Below are positions 49,333 through 58,921 of a DNA stretch of 64,000 nucleotides, in pieces (positions within the stretch are counted from its first letter, which is position 1; each line of letters starts with the position of its first letter). The translations under genes and the position numbers were made by a program. Location: the IMG/VR virus record IMGVR_UViG_3300028797_000124, positions 32,001-96,000 of that record. One strand, 5' to 3'. The DNA is from a virus. Lineage: Duplodnaviria > Caudoviricetes. The notes under the pieces are model-generated. The model did no database searches, was not told the DNA's origin, and saw only the letters and a list, made by a program, of their open reading frames with translations.

Positions 49333-49905
49333 ATGATTAAAAATGATATCGAATTCTTTGTCCAGTGTGCAATACTCTTGATCGTGTTCTTAGCAGCAGT
49401 CATCGGATTTATTTCCGGTTACAGATTGGCAAGAGCTCGCAGAAGACGTGAAGAAGAAATGACACGTCTGATGTATTCTCTTTTAAGAAAGAACCAGACT
49501 CTGGATGATGACTACTACGCACTCAAAGAACAGAATCAACAGTATGCAAACGACATCAAACGTTTACAAGAGATGATCAATTCCCTCGGTGTTTTAGAAC
49601 AGAAAAACGCAGCTTCAATATCATCGTTAACATCGAGTATCAATAATGTGATACAAGAAAACAGAAGACGTTCTGAGGAAAAAATTTATCCAACTCCCCA
49701 GCTCAGTGATATGATAAAAACAACCATTGGTGAGTTCTTCCATCAGGAAGTAGTAATGATAAGAGACATGAGATTTCCAGTATCTCCCGAAGATCCGGTT
49801 ACGGTAAAGATCACGAAGAACACAATTAAAACATATCCTCATGTAGATGAAACATGGATTGCGAAGAAAGTAATAGAAACGATAACAGAAGCAATCAGAG
49901 AATAA
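49333..49905 (+). CDS. Membrane-anchored coiled-coil protein
   Basis: N-terminal TM helix followed by RARRRR and a coiled coil; RBS AGGAGG. Confidence 0.7.
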   Translation: MIKNDIEFFVQCAILLIVFLAAVIGFISGYRLARARRRREEEMTRLMYSLLRKNQTLDDDYYALKEQNQQYANDIKRLQEMINSLGVLEQKNAASISSLTSSINNVIQENRRRSEEKIYPTPQLSDMIKTTIGEFFHQEVVMIRDMRFPVSPEDPVTVKITKNTIKTYPHVDETWIAKKVIETITEAIRE

Positions 49906-49910
49906 CTATT

Positions 49911-49941
49911 GAAGGGCGGGGGTTATCCCCGCCCCTCTTTA
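49911..49941. terminator. Bidirectional terminator
   Basis: AGGGCGGGG-gttat-CCCCGCCCC between convergent genes. Confidence 0.7.
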
Positions 49942-49979
49942 GCTATTTATTTGGAATTACTCAGATGAGGCTTCAAGGA

Positions 49980-52211
49980 TTATTCCTTGCCAGCTGCATC
50001 CTCATCAACTGCCTCAGGGATGATAGCGCCAGCCTTGATATCAGGAACAAGAACAGTGTTCTTGCAGATAACACGACCCTGGATACCCTGAACGCTGATT
50101 GTCTGGTACTGAGCAGATGTAGTAACCATAACTGCTGCACCACCAGGATTCTGAGCGTCAGCATATGCTGCGTTCTCCGGGCTGTTTGTGAGGTGACGAG
50201 CGAAGCGGAGGTGCTTGTAGCTGATGTGGAACTTGTCCATTGGGTAAGCTACGATCTTGAAGAAGTACTCACGAGACTGAGTAGCACCTGCCTTGATAGC
50301 ATCTTCCTGGTATGCGTCGATAACTGTGTAAGCATCAACACGGTTGGAAGCTACTACACGGATCGGAACTGAGCTGTCGGTAAGGAGACCGAAAGCGTGG
50401 TTCATCTGAACGCCGCCGATAGAGGTTGTCTTCTGAACAGTCCATGTTACGAACTTATCAAGGAGACGGCAAGCCTTCGGATTAGCGTAGATTACGAAGC
50501 CGAGGTTCTCGAGCTTACCACGATCAGAAAGCTCGTAGATAACGCTGTTGATAGCGTTGTGGATTGCATTGGTTCTGTATTCCCAAGGATCGCCTGCGAA
50601 GCTTGGAGAAATAGCAGTAGGATCGAGATCAGCGTACTCAGTATGAGTATAGCTCTCGAGGCTCCATACATCAGAATCATAGCCGTTGTAGAGTTCGAAC
50701 TGCTCATCGAGGTACTCAAGGATTGACTGATCCTCGAACATCTCCTGGTTAGTTACGATCTCCTGTACGAGTCTGTTGTAGAGGTTGAAGTTCAGTGAGC
50801 TGTTTGCCTCAGCGAAGTCCTCAACTGTGAAAGGAAGCTGGAATCTGCAGCCATCAGCGATGAGGAACTTACGGATCTCAGGATACTCACGGAAGCCGAT
50901 AGTTCTCATGTTTGTCTCGTTAGAGATGCGACCGCTTACATATACGCCGTCGATAGCACCACATGTTGTGAATGTGAGTGTGCCCTTAACGAAGTCAACA
51001 CGACCAGAGAGCATATCAGAGATGCCTGTAACAAACTTGCCGGGAACAGGAATGTTCTTCTCGTCAACAACAGGAAGCTTCATGTTCTCTGTGATACCGC
51101 CGTTGAGGAATACGCCACCAGTCTGGATATCGATCTGGATACCAGCACCAGGGAGCTTAACCTTCTGAGCAGGCTGAGCAGGTGTAGTTACCTTCTCATA
51201 TACCTTAGCGCCCTCAGCAGTAGCCTCAGCCCATGTAGGATGAACTGCTTCGGGATCACCAGACTTACTGAACTGAACACCTGTTGTGCCAGCATCATCT
51301 GTGAAGTACTTCTGAGAAGTATAAGGATATGTCTGAGACTCTCCACCTTCAGCGCCCCAGTCAGCAGGAGCAGTAGTAATTTCCTTGTATGTTATTACCT
51401 GCTCTGTAGCAGCAACCTGTACGTACTGGATGTTGAAGTCGTAAGAAAGTCTTGTTCTTACGTTAGGTGTGATTGAAGTCTTCTCACCTGTCTCATCATC
51501 TGTGAGCCATGTGAACATAGAGAACTTCTTGTTGGGAGCATCCTTGATCATCTGAGTTGTGATAGCTTCCTTATCATAGATCTTGATGCCCTTACCAGCG
51601 TTCCAGAGCTTTCTCCAGAGAGGAGTGCCGTCTTCATCCTTGAGCCAGTATACTGCAGGTACCTCGTACTCATCACCAGTCTGGTTGTTTACGAGATACT
51701 TCTGGATGATACGCTGCTCAACGTTTACGCTGTTTGCAGTCTGTACCGGGATGATGTCCTTACCAAGGAATCTGATATACTGCTTAACGAGTGCAGGGAA
51801 GTCGAGAGTGCTCAGAGGAAGGTAGTTAGCTACGTTGTAAGACTCCTGGATGAAGCTCTTCTTAGAAGCATCCCAAGCCTCTTCGAGCTGGTCAGCAACC
51901 TGCTCCATATGAATTCTCTCAGCCTCGCTGTTAACAGGATAATTCTTGATCTCGTCAAGAATAGGCTGAAGCATTTCTGCCTTGTATGACTCCATGATGG
52001 TGTCGTTGTTCATCATACGCTGTGCATCGCGCATAATGTTGAGACCGCCGTACTGGCGAGCCATAGAATTTGCAACAGTTTCGAAATTTTCATCAAACTT
52101 GTCCCCGAGGGTACTGAGCTCAGACTCTGATACTGAATTGATCAGGGTAGCCTGTTCTTTGAACCATGTATCGGAATGGGAACCAGTCATTCTACCAGTG
52201 CTTAATGCCAT
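49980..52211 (-). CDS. Major capsid protein precursor
   Basis: 743 aa with the strongest codon bias in the window; helical N-terminal propeptide ending FIQE/S (E123); located downstream of the prohead protease; size fits AR9/phiKZ-type capsids. Confidence 0.75.
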   Translation of the reverse strand: MALSTGRMTGSHSDTWFKEQATLINSVSESELSTLGDKFDENFETVANSMARQYGGLNIMRDAQRMMNNDTIMESYKAEMLQPILDEIKNYPVNSEAERIHMEQVADQLEEAWDASKKSFIQESYNVANYLPLSTLDFPALVKQYIRFLGKDIIPVQTANSVNVEQRIIQKYLVNNQTGDEYEVPAVYWLKDEDGTPLWRKLWNAGKGIKIYDKEAITTQMIKDAPNKKFSMFTWLTDDETGEKTSITPNVRTRLSYDFNIQYVQVAATEQVITYKEITTAPADWGAEGGESQTYPYTSQKYFTDDAGTTGVQFSKSGDPEAVHPTWAEATAEGAKVYEKVTTPAQPAQKVKLPGAGIQIDIQTGGVFLNGGITENMKLPVVDEKNIPVPGKFVTGISDMLSGRVDFVKGTLTFTTCGAIDGVYVSGRISNETNMRTIGFREYPEIRKFLIADGCRFQLPFTVEDFAEANSSLNFNLYNRLVQEIVTNQEMFEDQSILEYLDEQFELYNGYDSDVWSLESYTHTEYADLDPTAISPSFAGDPWEYRTNAIHNAINSVIYELSDRGKLENLGFVIYANPKACRLLDKFVTWTVQKTTSIGGVQMNHAFGLLTDSSVPIRVVASNRVDAYTVIDAYQEDAIKAGATQSREYFFKIVAYPMDKFHISYKHLRFARHLTNSPENAAYADAQNPGGAAVMVTTSAQYQTISVQGIQGRVICKNTVLVPDIKAGAIIPEAVDEDAAGKE

Positions 52212-52230
52212 GGATTAACAACTCCTTTAT

Positions 52231-52842
52231 TTAAGAATTATTGTGCTGGGCCTCGCGCTCAGCTTTTTTCAAATTGCTATTGATGCGATCCATCAGAAGA
52301 GTGTACAGTGCATCGAGCTTTCTAAAGTAGAGAGCGTTCTCACCATACTTAGCATCCACGAATTTCTCAATAACATAGTTTTGTCCAGCTTCAAGAGCGG
52401 ACTTGAGCTTGTTGACGTCCTCGTCGTTTTTATTGACAACTTCTATCGGTAATACCGAAGAGATCGTTTGAAGGTTTCCAATAATATCTTCAACCTCCTG
52501 ATTTCTCGCAACGAACTTGTCATAAAGATCTTTGTTCAGAACATTGTTTGCCTTTTCAGACAACTGTTCATCTTCTTTATTATCTTCCGCATTATCATTG
52601 TTGTCATCGGTGTTTTCGCCAGTGTCTTGATTTTCACCACCGCCATCTTCACCGGGAAAACTTAAGGCGTCAGCATTATCTGCTTCTTCTAATGGTGGTG
52701 GATTATCGTTAGAACCTGAGGTAGAGTCCGGAGGAGGTGCCTCTGTAGGAGCATCGGATGTATCACCCATGTCCATAGGCTGTAACAGATCATCTCCTTC
52801 GGCTTCCATCACCATATAAAAGAGATTACTTTTTTCAGCCAT
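52231..52842 (-). CDS. Acidic head assembly/scaffold-like protein
   Basis: VMEA motif, very acidic disordered N-half, helical C-half; directly upstream of the capsid gene; RBS AAAGGAG. Confidence 0.5.
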   Translation of the reverse strand: MAEKSNLFYMVMEAEGDDLLQPMDMGDTSDAPTEAPPPDSTSGSNDNPPPLEEADNADALSFPGEDGGGENQDTGENTDDNNDNAEDNKEDEQLSEKANNVLNKDLYDKFVARNQEVEDIIGNLQTISSVLPIEVVNKNDEDVNKLKSALEAGQNYVIEKFVDAKYGENALYFRKLDALYTLLMDRINSNLKKAEREAQHNNS

Positions 52843-52855
52843 TGCTTCATCTCCT

Positions 52856-55504
52856 TTACGAAACACTTCTCGCATGTTTAACGTTTGAACGTGGTATGTC
52901 AGATGTGATACGTGTCATCTTAGCACGAAGTCTCATCATCTCATATTTGGCTTTAAGATCTCCAGCTTCATCAGCCTTCTGAATCTTATCGTCTAAGATT
53001 TTGATCTCCGCAGCCATCTCACCTTCTACCTCTCTCTTCAGACGTTCTTTATCGATTGCCTGAGAGGTCTTGAGTGCCGCATAAGCTGCACCCAGGTAGG
53101 GGTTGATGGTGAACGCGATACCGAACATACCAAGCTTGAGTGCCAAACGTGTCGCTTTGAAAAGTGTTGAGCGATAGCCGGGACTCTCGATGATTTCGGT
53201 TTTAACGGTATCTTCATTCCGCTTGATAAGCGAGTCGACTATTCCAGCCAACCACTGCTTTGTTCTCATAGCGGGTTTCAGAAGTGTTTTGGTTGCACCA
53301 ATTCCCTTCTGAACAGAACGCTTTGACTTCTGTTGAACCTTGCGGGATTCTTTGTCCAGATCCATCATAGCATTTGTAAGTGAACCCTTAGGGGCTGTAG
53401 CTTCAGTAATTCTTGACAGGGGCTCTTCAGATTCCAAGAAAGCGAACACATTGTCCACTGAATATCCAGAAGCGAACTCCTGAACCTTAGAATCCTTAGT
53501 ATCATTCTTACTGTTACTATTATTATTATTGTTAGACCCCTTATCAATATCTGCGGATACAGATACGGATAATTTGTCAGGTTTGTCAGAGGTTGTGGTG
53601 TTGTGACTGTTGGTATGTGTTGTAGTCACATTATTGGATTTGTTTATATTCTTTCCAGTAGATAAATCATTGTGAGTTGAATGATCACTGTGATCGTCTC
53701 TATTGAAAGAATTGTTGTAGTTGTTGGTGACGTTGATTACGATGTTCTTACCATCCTTAGTCGCGTTAGCTCCCAACATCTCATCGAGCTTGTCAGTATT
53801 TGCATCCATCTTAGCATCGATAGAATCAGTAAGTTCATCAACCGAATTCGTCGGAGTATCCGGAGGAACCTGAACTTCAGTCTGAGTAACCTTGGGTGAT
53901 GTACCCATCTCATCAGACAGACGAACACGAGTCTTCATATACTCAGGAATATCACCCTTGTCAGTTTCCTGAATTACAGTATCCTTATAATCCTTCAGCA
54001 TCCAATCAATTCTGATCGGTGAAAGACCTTCATTGTAGATACGAGTATCAAGAGTATTGATCTCATCACGAAGGATCTGATGATACTGTTCACAAAGCAT
54101 GATATCAGAAATGCTCATATCACCAAATTCCTTGACGGAAGCTGTGGTGTATTCAACAACTTCTTCAGCTGTCGGAAGTTCATTCTCAACAGCAGCCTTT
54201 ACTTCAGGCTTGTAAACGTTTGTGCTCTTAGAGTTCTTATTGACACGAGCACGAATGCGTTTAACGAAATCATCCTCAGATGGGAACTTTGCCTTCTTTA
54301 CCTTATCTGGGATAAGATTATAAAGAATATCAAAGTAGATTCTTGAGTCGAAGATATTGAAGATCGTGAGCAGATTGTTGTTTGTGATTGCAGCGGATGC
54401 ATCATTGTAGAAGTTAATCTCACAGAAGTCGATAATGAACTGAATTGTTCCCTTCTTATCAGTCTTGAAAGTAGAGAACAGATCGTAGTTAGAGAATCTC
54501 TTTGCACCAGGATTGTTATCAATAATCGATTTGTACGAATTGATGTATGGTCTGAACAGAGTCATGTCCATGTCCTGGTTAGGATACTTCTTCGTATTGT
54601 TGAATACCTTAGCAAGTATAAAAGGTATAACGTTGGATGAGAAGTCATCTGCCTGTGGGTAACGACCCTTGGGATCATCAAAGAAATCAAGAAGATCCTC
54701 AGAGCTCTTACATTTCTCAAGACCATCTTTCAATTGATCGATAGCCTTTCTGAACTGAGCAGAGATATGGAACTTATCCTTCTTCTCATCATACTTAATA
54801 TGAATGGGCTTACGCTTCGTGAAGTAATTTACCTCAGCAGCTTCCTGAACAGGTGTGATTTCCTTATCGGTATCATCAACCTGAATTTCCATAGGAGAAT
54901 CCTGGAAGTTGTAGAAACGCTTAACTTCTTCCTGTTCATCCAATCCCTTCGGCATAGTAATCTGCTTGGAATCAAACAAGCTTTTTATGTATGCTGCTCC
55001 GTCGAAGATTGGGGTATGGAGATCGTCCTGAACCTTCTCGATCTCAGAGATATTGATATCCTGAGAGAAGAGTTCGATGACACTCTTGTATTTTGAAGGC
55101 TTAGTGAACAGCTCCATTGAATAGATACCGTTCATAAGCTTGGAGAATTCATCAAAGTGATCTGCAATAAACTGCAAAGCTTTGAATGAAACGAATGCAT
55201 CAATGTGATCAATAGTAACGGAATCGTTATTGTCACATATCTGCTCATACGGATGATCATCGTACTTATTTGATACGGTGTTGATTGCATTTACGATGCG
55301 TTCAACTTCCTCGGGATTATCAACCCAAGAGGATTCAACACCATTCATCAAGCCGACTATTTTCATTACTGAGTCATCAACCTCGTAGTCTCCGTCAACA
55401 ACGGGGAAGTTTTTCTGCTTAAAATTAGAAGAAAAAAATTGATTCAGTGAATCGATTGTTTTTTCGATATTGTCAAAGTATGACTTCTTAACTACAATTC
55501 CCAT
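52856..55504 (-). CDS. Large putative inner head protein
   Basis: PVQEA, VIQET, KVQEF, FLES and ITEA motifs; N/T/H-rich linker; C-terminal helical domain. Confidence 0.55.
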   Translation of the reverse strand: MGIVVKKSYFDNIEKTIDSLNQFFSSNFKQKNFPVVDGDYEVDDSVMKIVGLMNGVESSWVDNPEEVERIVNAINTVSNKYDDHPYEQICDNNDSVTIDHIDAFVSFKALQFIADHFDEFSKLMNGIYSMELFTKPSKYKSVIELFSQDINISEIEKVQDDLHTPIFDGAAYIKSLFDSKQITMPKGLDEQEEVKRFYNFQDSPMEIQVDDTDKEITPVQEAAEVNYFTKRKPIHIKYDEKKDKFHISAQFRKAIDQLKDGLEKCKSSEDLLDFFDDPKGRYPQADDFSSNVIPFILAKVFNNTKKYPNQDMDMTLFRPYINSYKSIIDNNPGAKRFSNYDLFSTFKTDKKGTIQFIIDFCEINFYNDASAAITNNNLLTIFNIFDSRIYFDILYNLIPDKVKKAKFPSEDDFVKRIRARVNKNSKSTNVYKPEVKAAVENELPTAEEVVEYTTASVKEFGDMSISDIMLCEQYHQILRDEINTLDTRIYNEGLSPIRIDWMLKDYKDTVIQETDKGDIPEYMKTRVRLSDEMGTSPKVTQTEVQVPPDTPTNSVDELTDSIDAKMDANTDKLDEMLGANATKDGKNIVINVTNNYNNSFNRDDHSDHSTHNDLSTGKNINKSNNVTTTHTNSHNTTTSDKPDKLSVSVSADIDKGSNNNNNSNSKNDTKDSKVQEFASGYSVDNVFAFLESEEPLSRITEATAPKGSLTNAMMDLDKESRKVQQKSKRSVQKGIGATKTLLKPAMRTKQWLAGIVDSLIKRNEDTVKTEIIESPGYRSTLFKATRLALKLGMFGIAFTINPYLGAAYAALKTSQAIDKERLKREVEGEMAAEIKILDDKIQKADEAGDLKAKYEMMRLRAKMTRITSDIPRSNVKHARSVS

Positions 55505-55505
55505 A

Positions 55506-56381
55506 TTACAGACCCCTCTCCATTATGAACGAGAGAGCCTCTCTCCTTACATCACCTGCAAGCGGAATAGCAATCTTAGTAGCATCCTGTTCAACAATGA
55601 TATTACCATTGTGAATACCCATGATCTCATCAGTTGAAATCTGGAAAGATTCACAAACAACCTGCATTGTCTCGCTCTTCTCGGTACAGTATTTTGCCAG
55701 TTCCTTTAAGAAGATAATCTGACCAACTGCTTCGGGAGTAATGATTGCAGATTCTGTAACAACGCCGGGAGCGATATCACCATCAGCATTAGGATGCGAC
55801 GGGAAGTCAACAAGGTCAAATGTGATAACCTTAGATACTCTGATATTCGGCATACTTCTCGGAGCGTTCGGAATCATATTACCCAGCAAACGTACTGAGA
55901 ATGAGGGAACAGCACCAAGGTCAACTACCTCTGATACAACTGAAAGGCCAGCATCTGTTCTGGGGTGTGTTGTGATTGTAGCCTTCAAGCGGTCGCCCTC
56001 AAGACGATCGTTGTTGATGAAGTGAGAAGTATTCAGAGGATCCGGAATTGTCATTCTGATATCTGTGAGCTGAGTACCCTTGATGTCAGGATTTGGATGG
56101 TTTAATTCACCACGCCATTTGTTCTGACGCTTCAGTGTCTGAATTCTCTCATCGTTATTTATAACCGAAACAACATTCTGTGCATCGTATCTACGCTGCA
56201 TTCTGTTGTAACAGCCGTATGTCTGAAGTGTTGCCTCGAAGATAATGAAAGGCTTGCCTTCGATAGACTTCTTAAGCTTATATCCACGAGGGGATATTTC
56301 AGACGAAGTAGGAGCTTCCTGAATAAAACAAGCAGTCTCATACTTGTTTGTCTGAGTAGACTTCATCGGCATATATCTCAT
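55506..56381 (-). CDS. Prohead core protease (T4 gp21/phiKZ gp175-like)
   Basis: N...R.Y, W.GELNHP (His), PSFSVR..G (Ser), ITFD.V..PSH; candidate self-cleavage sites FIQEA and VVTES. Confidence 0.85.
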   Translation of the reverse strand: MRYMPMKSTQTNKYETACFIQEAPTSSEISPRGYKLKKSIEGKPFIIFEATLQTYGCYNRMQRRYDAQNVVSVINNDERIQTLKRQNKWRGELNHPNPDIKGTQLTDIRMTIPDPLNTSHFINNDRLEGDRLKATITTHPRTDAGLSVVSEVVDLGAVPSFSVRLLGNMIPNAPRSMPNIRVSKVITFDLVDFPSHPNADGDIAPGVVTESAIITPEAVGQIIFLKELAKYCTEKSETMQVVCESFQISTDEIMGIHNGNIIVEQDATKIAIPLAGDVRREALSFIMERGL

Positions 56382-56394
56382 TCCTTTCTATAGA

Positions 56395-57591
56395 TTATTT
56401 TACATCATTTATGCGGTTCAGTATATATGTAGCCACCAGGCAGATGTGAGCCTTTACGATAGAAGCATCTACTTTATACTTCTTAGAGAAAGGAACTATT
56501 ATCGGTTTACCCGCGATAGCCCTGTCGATTGCGGTAGGAAGGTTTGTGATTCTGCCGATATATGCAGCAGTGTTTATATCTTCCACAGAGTGTCCCTCTT
56601 TTATCAGGAACACGTAAAAGATGTTATCGATGATTGTACCGATATCCTCATGCTTGATCTTCTTGGTAGAATAATCATACAGAGTTTCCATCTTTACATT
56701 TTTGAGCTTTGCGATTGGAGGATAAAGTTTACCTTGAGAATAGTACAACTCATCCTTATTCTTGATAAGTCTGAGAAGATTGTTTCTCAACGTTGTGTAG
56801 TTGTTTGTAACAACATAATCCTCATCACCTGTCAAGTCAGCACCAATGAGATTACCGTTTTCCAGGTTCTCATAGTATCTGTTTGACAATCCCTTCATAT
56901 TCTGATTCATACTGTTTCTGAGACGGTTCAAGAATGCAACCATTACCTCAGCAGACATATTCACAGACATCTTGGTTCTGTAGAATCCATATGATGTTTC
57001 AACAGTAGTTGATATCCAGTTGATGATATTCTCGGTCTTAACAATCTGCCATGAGTTATCAAGCTGCATGAAAGTATATGTCATTACCGACTCATTCAAA
57101 CCGGATGGAAAATACTTATTGAAAATGACGGCATAAACCGAGAGACCCAGCTGCTGTCTGGCTGAGTCCCTCAACAGTCTATTGCCGATCATATCAGAAT
57201 AAAAAAGAGCAATCGCGTGAATAACGTTAGTTGGAGACGATGTTATCGTTGCGAATTCCGATGACGATGATACCGATTTAAGAACATCCTTGAGAACGAC
57301 CTTAAATGATTTCACCGTGAAGTTGAACATTGCGAACAAGCCGTCAACATACTTTCGTGGGAAAGTAACTGCTTTAGTCGGATATTCACGAGACAACATC
57401 GTCGCGTTTTCCCCAAGAAAAGAAGAACCATAATCGATGTATTGTTTTCTACCAGCCGGTTTCTCCAATACAGAGATGACGGGATCTATCAGCTCTTCAC
57501 GGAGCTTCTGATTCTTGGGATCATGCACAGCTTCCTGAAGAAAAAGTAACGTGGCTTCAGCTTCAGTCAACTCTTGTTCCATGATGAGCAT
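56395..57591 (-). CDS. Conserved-looking virion protein of unknown function
   Basis: 398-aa helical ORF with N-terminal FLQEA motif, in the head operon. Confidence 0.55.
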   Translation of the reverse strand: MLIMEQELTEAEATLLFLQEAVHDPKNQKLREELIDPVISVLEKPAGRKQYIDYGSSFLGENATMLSREYPTKAVTFPRKYVDGLFAMFNFTVKSFKVVLKDVLKSVSSSSEFATITSSPTNVIHAIALFYSDMIGNRLLRDSARQQLGLSVYAVIFNKYFPSGLNESVMTYTFMQLDNSWQIVKTENIINWISTTVETSYGFYRTKMSVNMSAEVMVAFLNRLRNSMNQNMKGLSNRYYENLENGNLIGADLTGDEDYVVTNNYTTLRNNLLRLIKNKDELYYSQGKLYPPIAKLKNVKMETLYDYSTKKIKHEDIGTIIDNIFYVFLIKEGHSVEDINTAAYIGRITNLPTAIDRAIAGKPIIVPFSKKYKVDASIVKAHICLVATYILNRINDVK

Positions 57592-57601
57592 TTATATCAC
57601 C

Positions 57602-58102
57602 TCAGCGTCTCTTCTTCTTTTTGCTTGTATAAACGGGCTTATCAGTCTCTTCTTCAGCAGGAGTATCTTCGTCAACGATATCGTCAACGGGGAATCCTTC
57701 ATCTGCAGGAACTTCCTCAACGGGCTCTTCTACAGCGGGAGCTTCAACTACTGCATCGAGAACAACAGGCTCTTCAACCTGCTCGATCTCTACAGGCTTT
57801 TCTTCAACCACAGGCTCTTCTACCTTTGGTGCTTCTACTTTAGGAGCCTTCTTTGCAGCCTTCTTCTTTGGAGCCGGTGTAGGTGCAGGAGCCGGAGTAG
57901 CCACAGCCTGTCTTACAACTTCGCCGAATATTTCATTTATATTCTTCTTGGTAATGCGCACGCCTGTTGCAGCAACATATACCTTGAAAGAAGCATAGTT
58001 AAGGATTACAGCAACGGTATCCTTAGAAAGGTCCTTGCCATAGACAGGAGCAAGCAGTCCTACCTTAGGAATGAGACCAACACCTGAAATGTTTACCTTC
58101 AT
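57602..58102 (-). CDS. Protein with small N-terminal domain and acidic P/E/V-rich tail
   Basis: Low-complexity VEEPV repeats, basic C-terminal KKKKRR, strong codon bias. Confidence 0.7.
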   Translation of the reverse strand: MKVNISGVGLIPKVGLLAPVYGKDLSKDTVAVILNYASFKVYVAATGVRITKKNINEIFGEVVRQAVATPAPAPTPAPKKKAAKKAPKVEAPKVEEPVVEEKPVEIEQVEEPVVLDAVVEAPAVEEPVEEVPADEGFPVDDIVDEDTPAEEETDKPVYTSKKKKRR

Positions 58103-58121
58103 TTTATATGACCTCTTTTCA

Positions 58122-58862
58122 TCATGTTTTTTGTTTCATAGCCGTACGAACAGCTTCGGTCGAATAGTATGATTCTGAAATCAAATCGGTTTTTAAACCC
58201 ATAGCTTTGAAATACAGATCAGCCTGCATGAGTGTAGGCTTATCATATGCATTTGTTTTGATATCCGCTAATTTAACGGAACCATGTTCGGCAATCGACT
58301 GAATCATGTTGTCGTATTCGGTTACGTTATCACCACGGGCACCACAGAATTCAGAAAGAATAACATCTCCACCGACACCGGCAAGAAGTTCATTCTCAAT
58401 ACCTGTAGTAGTACCACCCTTGGAATCACCCTTAGCTGCACCTGTTTGCTCATCACGGTTTGTATCTGTAATAGCAAGACCAGTTTTCTTTGTTACCAAC
58501 TGCTGGGGGCGCTTGATATTCAGATATCCGACGAGCACGGGCTGCTTGGTTCTTACAGGTCGGTTGGGATTTGACGATACGTGTGGTATATAAACGTTTT
58601 CGAAAAGTTTGATATTGAGAAACTTTGCAGCCTTTTCAATGTTCTCATACTTCAACGTACGAGAGCCATCACCAAACTCTTCGATGTCAAGACGAAGATT
58701 TGATTTGTCATCCGCAAGGAATCTGGTTACCCAATCCGAAAACTGTTTATCATTCATTGTCTGAAACATGTTGCGATATTTCTTTGCGTTGATGCCTGTT
58801 GGATCCATACGCATTAAAACACCATCAATCAGTGTTTCGATCTTCTTACGTTTATCTGTCAT
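58122..58862 (-). CDS. Split multisubunit RNA polymerase beta C-terminal subunit (virion RNAP, phiKZ gp149-like)
   Basis: VLVGYLNIKRPQQLVTKK...RDEQTGAAKGDSKGG....IENELL aligns with the RpoB C-terminal VGY.Y..KL.H....K...T.Q...G....GG.....E...L region. Confidence 0.6.
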   Translation of the reverse strand: MTDKRKKIETLIDGVLMRMDPTGINAKKYRNMFQTMNDKQFSDWVTRFLADDKSNLRLDIEEFGDGSRTLKYENIEKAAKFLNIKLFENVYIPHVSSNPNRPVRTKQPVLVGYLNIKRPQQLVTKKTGLAITDTNRDEQTGAAKGDSKGGTTTGIENELLAGVGGDVILSEFCGARGDNVTEYDNMIQSIAEHGSVKLADIKTNAYDKPTLMQADLYFKAMGLKTDLISESYYSTEAVRTAMKQKT

Positions 58863-58889
58863 GGATTATCACATCCTTTCATATAGAAT

Positions 58890-58920
58890 ATTTATAGCGG
58901 GGGTAGATCCCCCGCTATAC
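58890..58920 (-). terminator. GC-rich hairpin, probable terminator or attenuator
   Basis: TATAGCGGGG-gtagat-CCCCGCTATA; on the minus strand followed by ATTCT; weak U-tract. Confidence 0.55.
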
Positions 58921-58921
58921 T

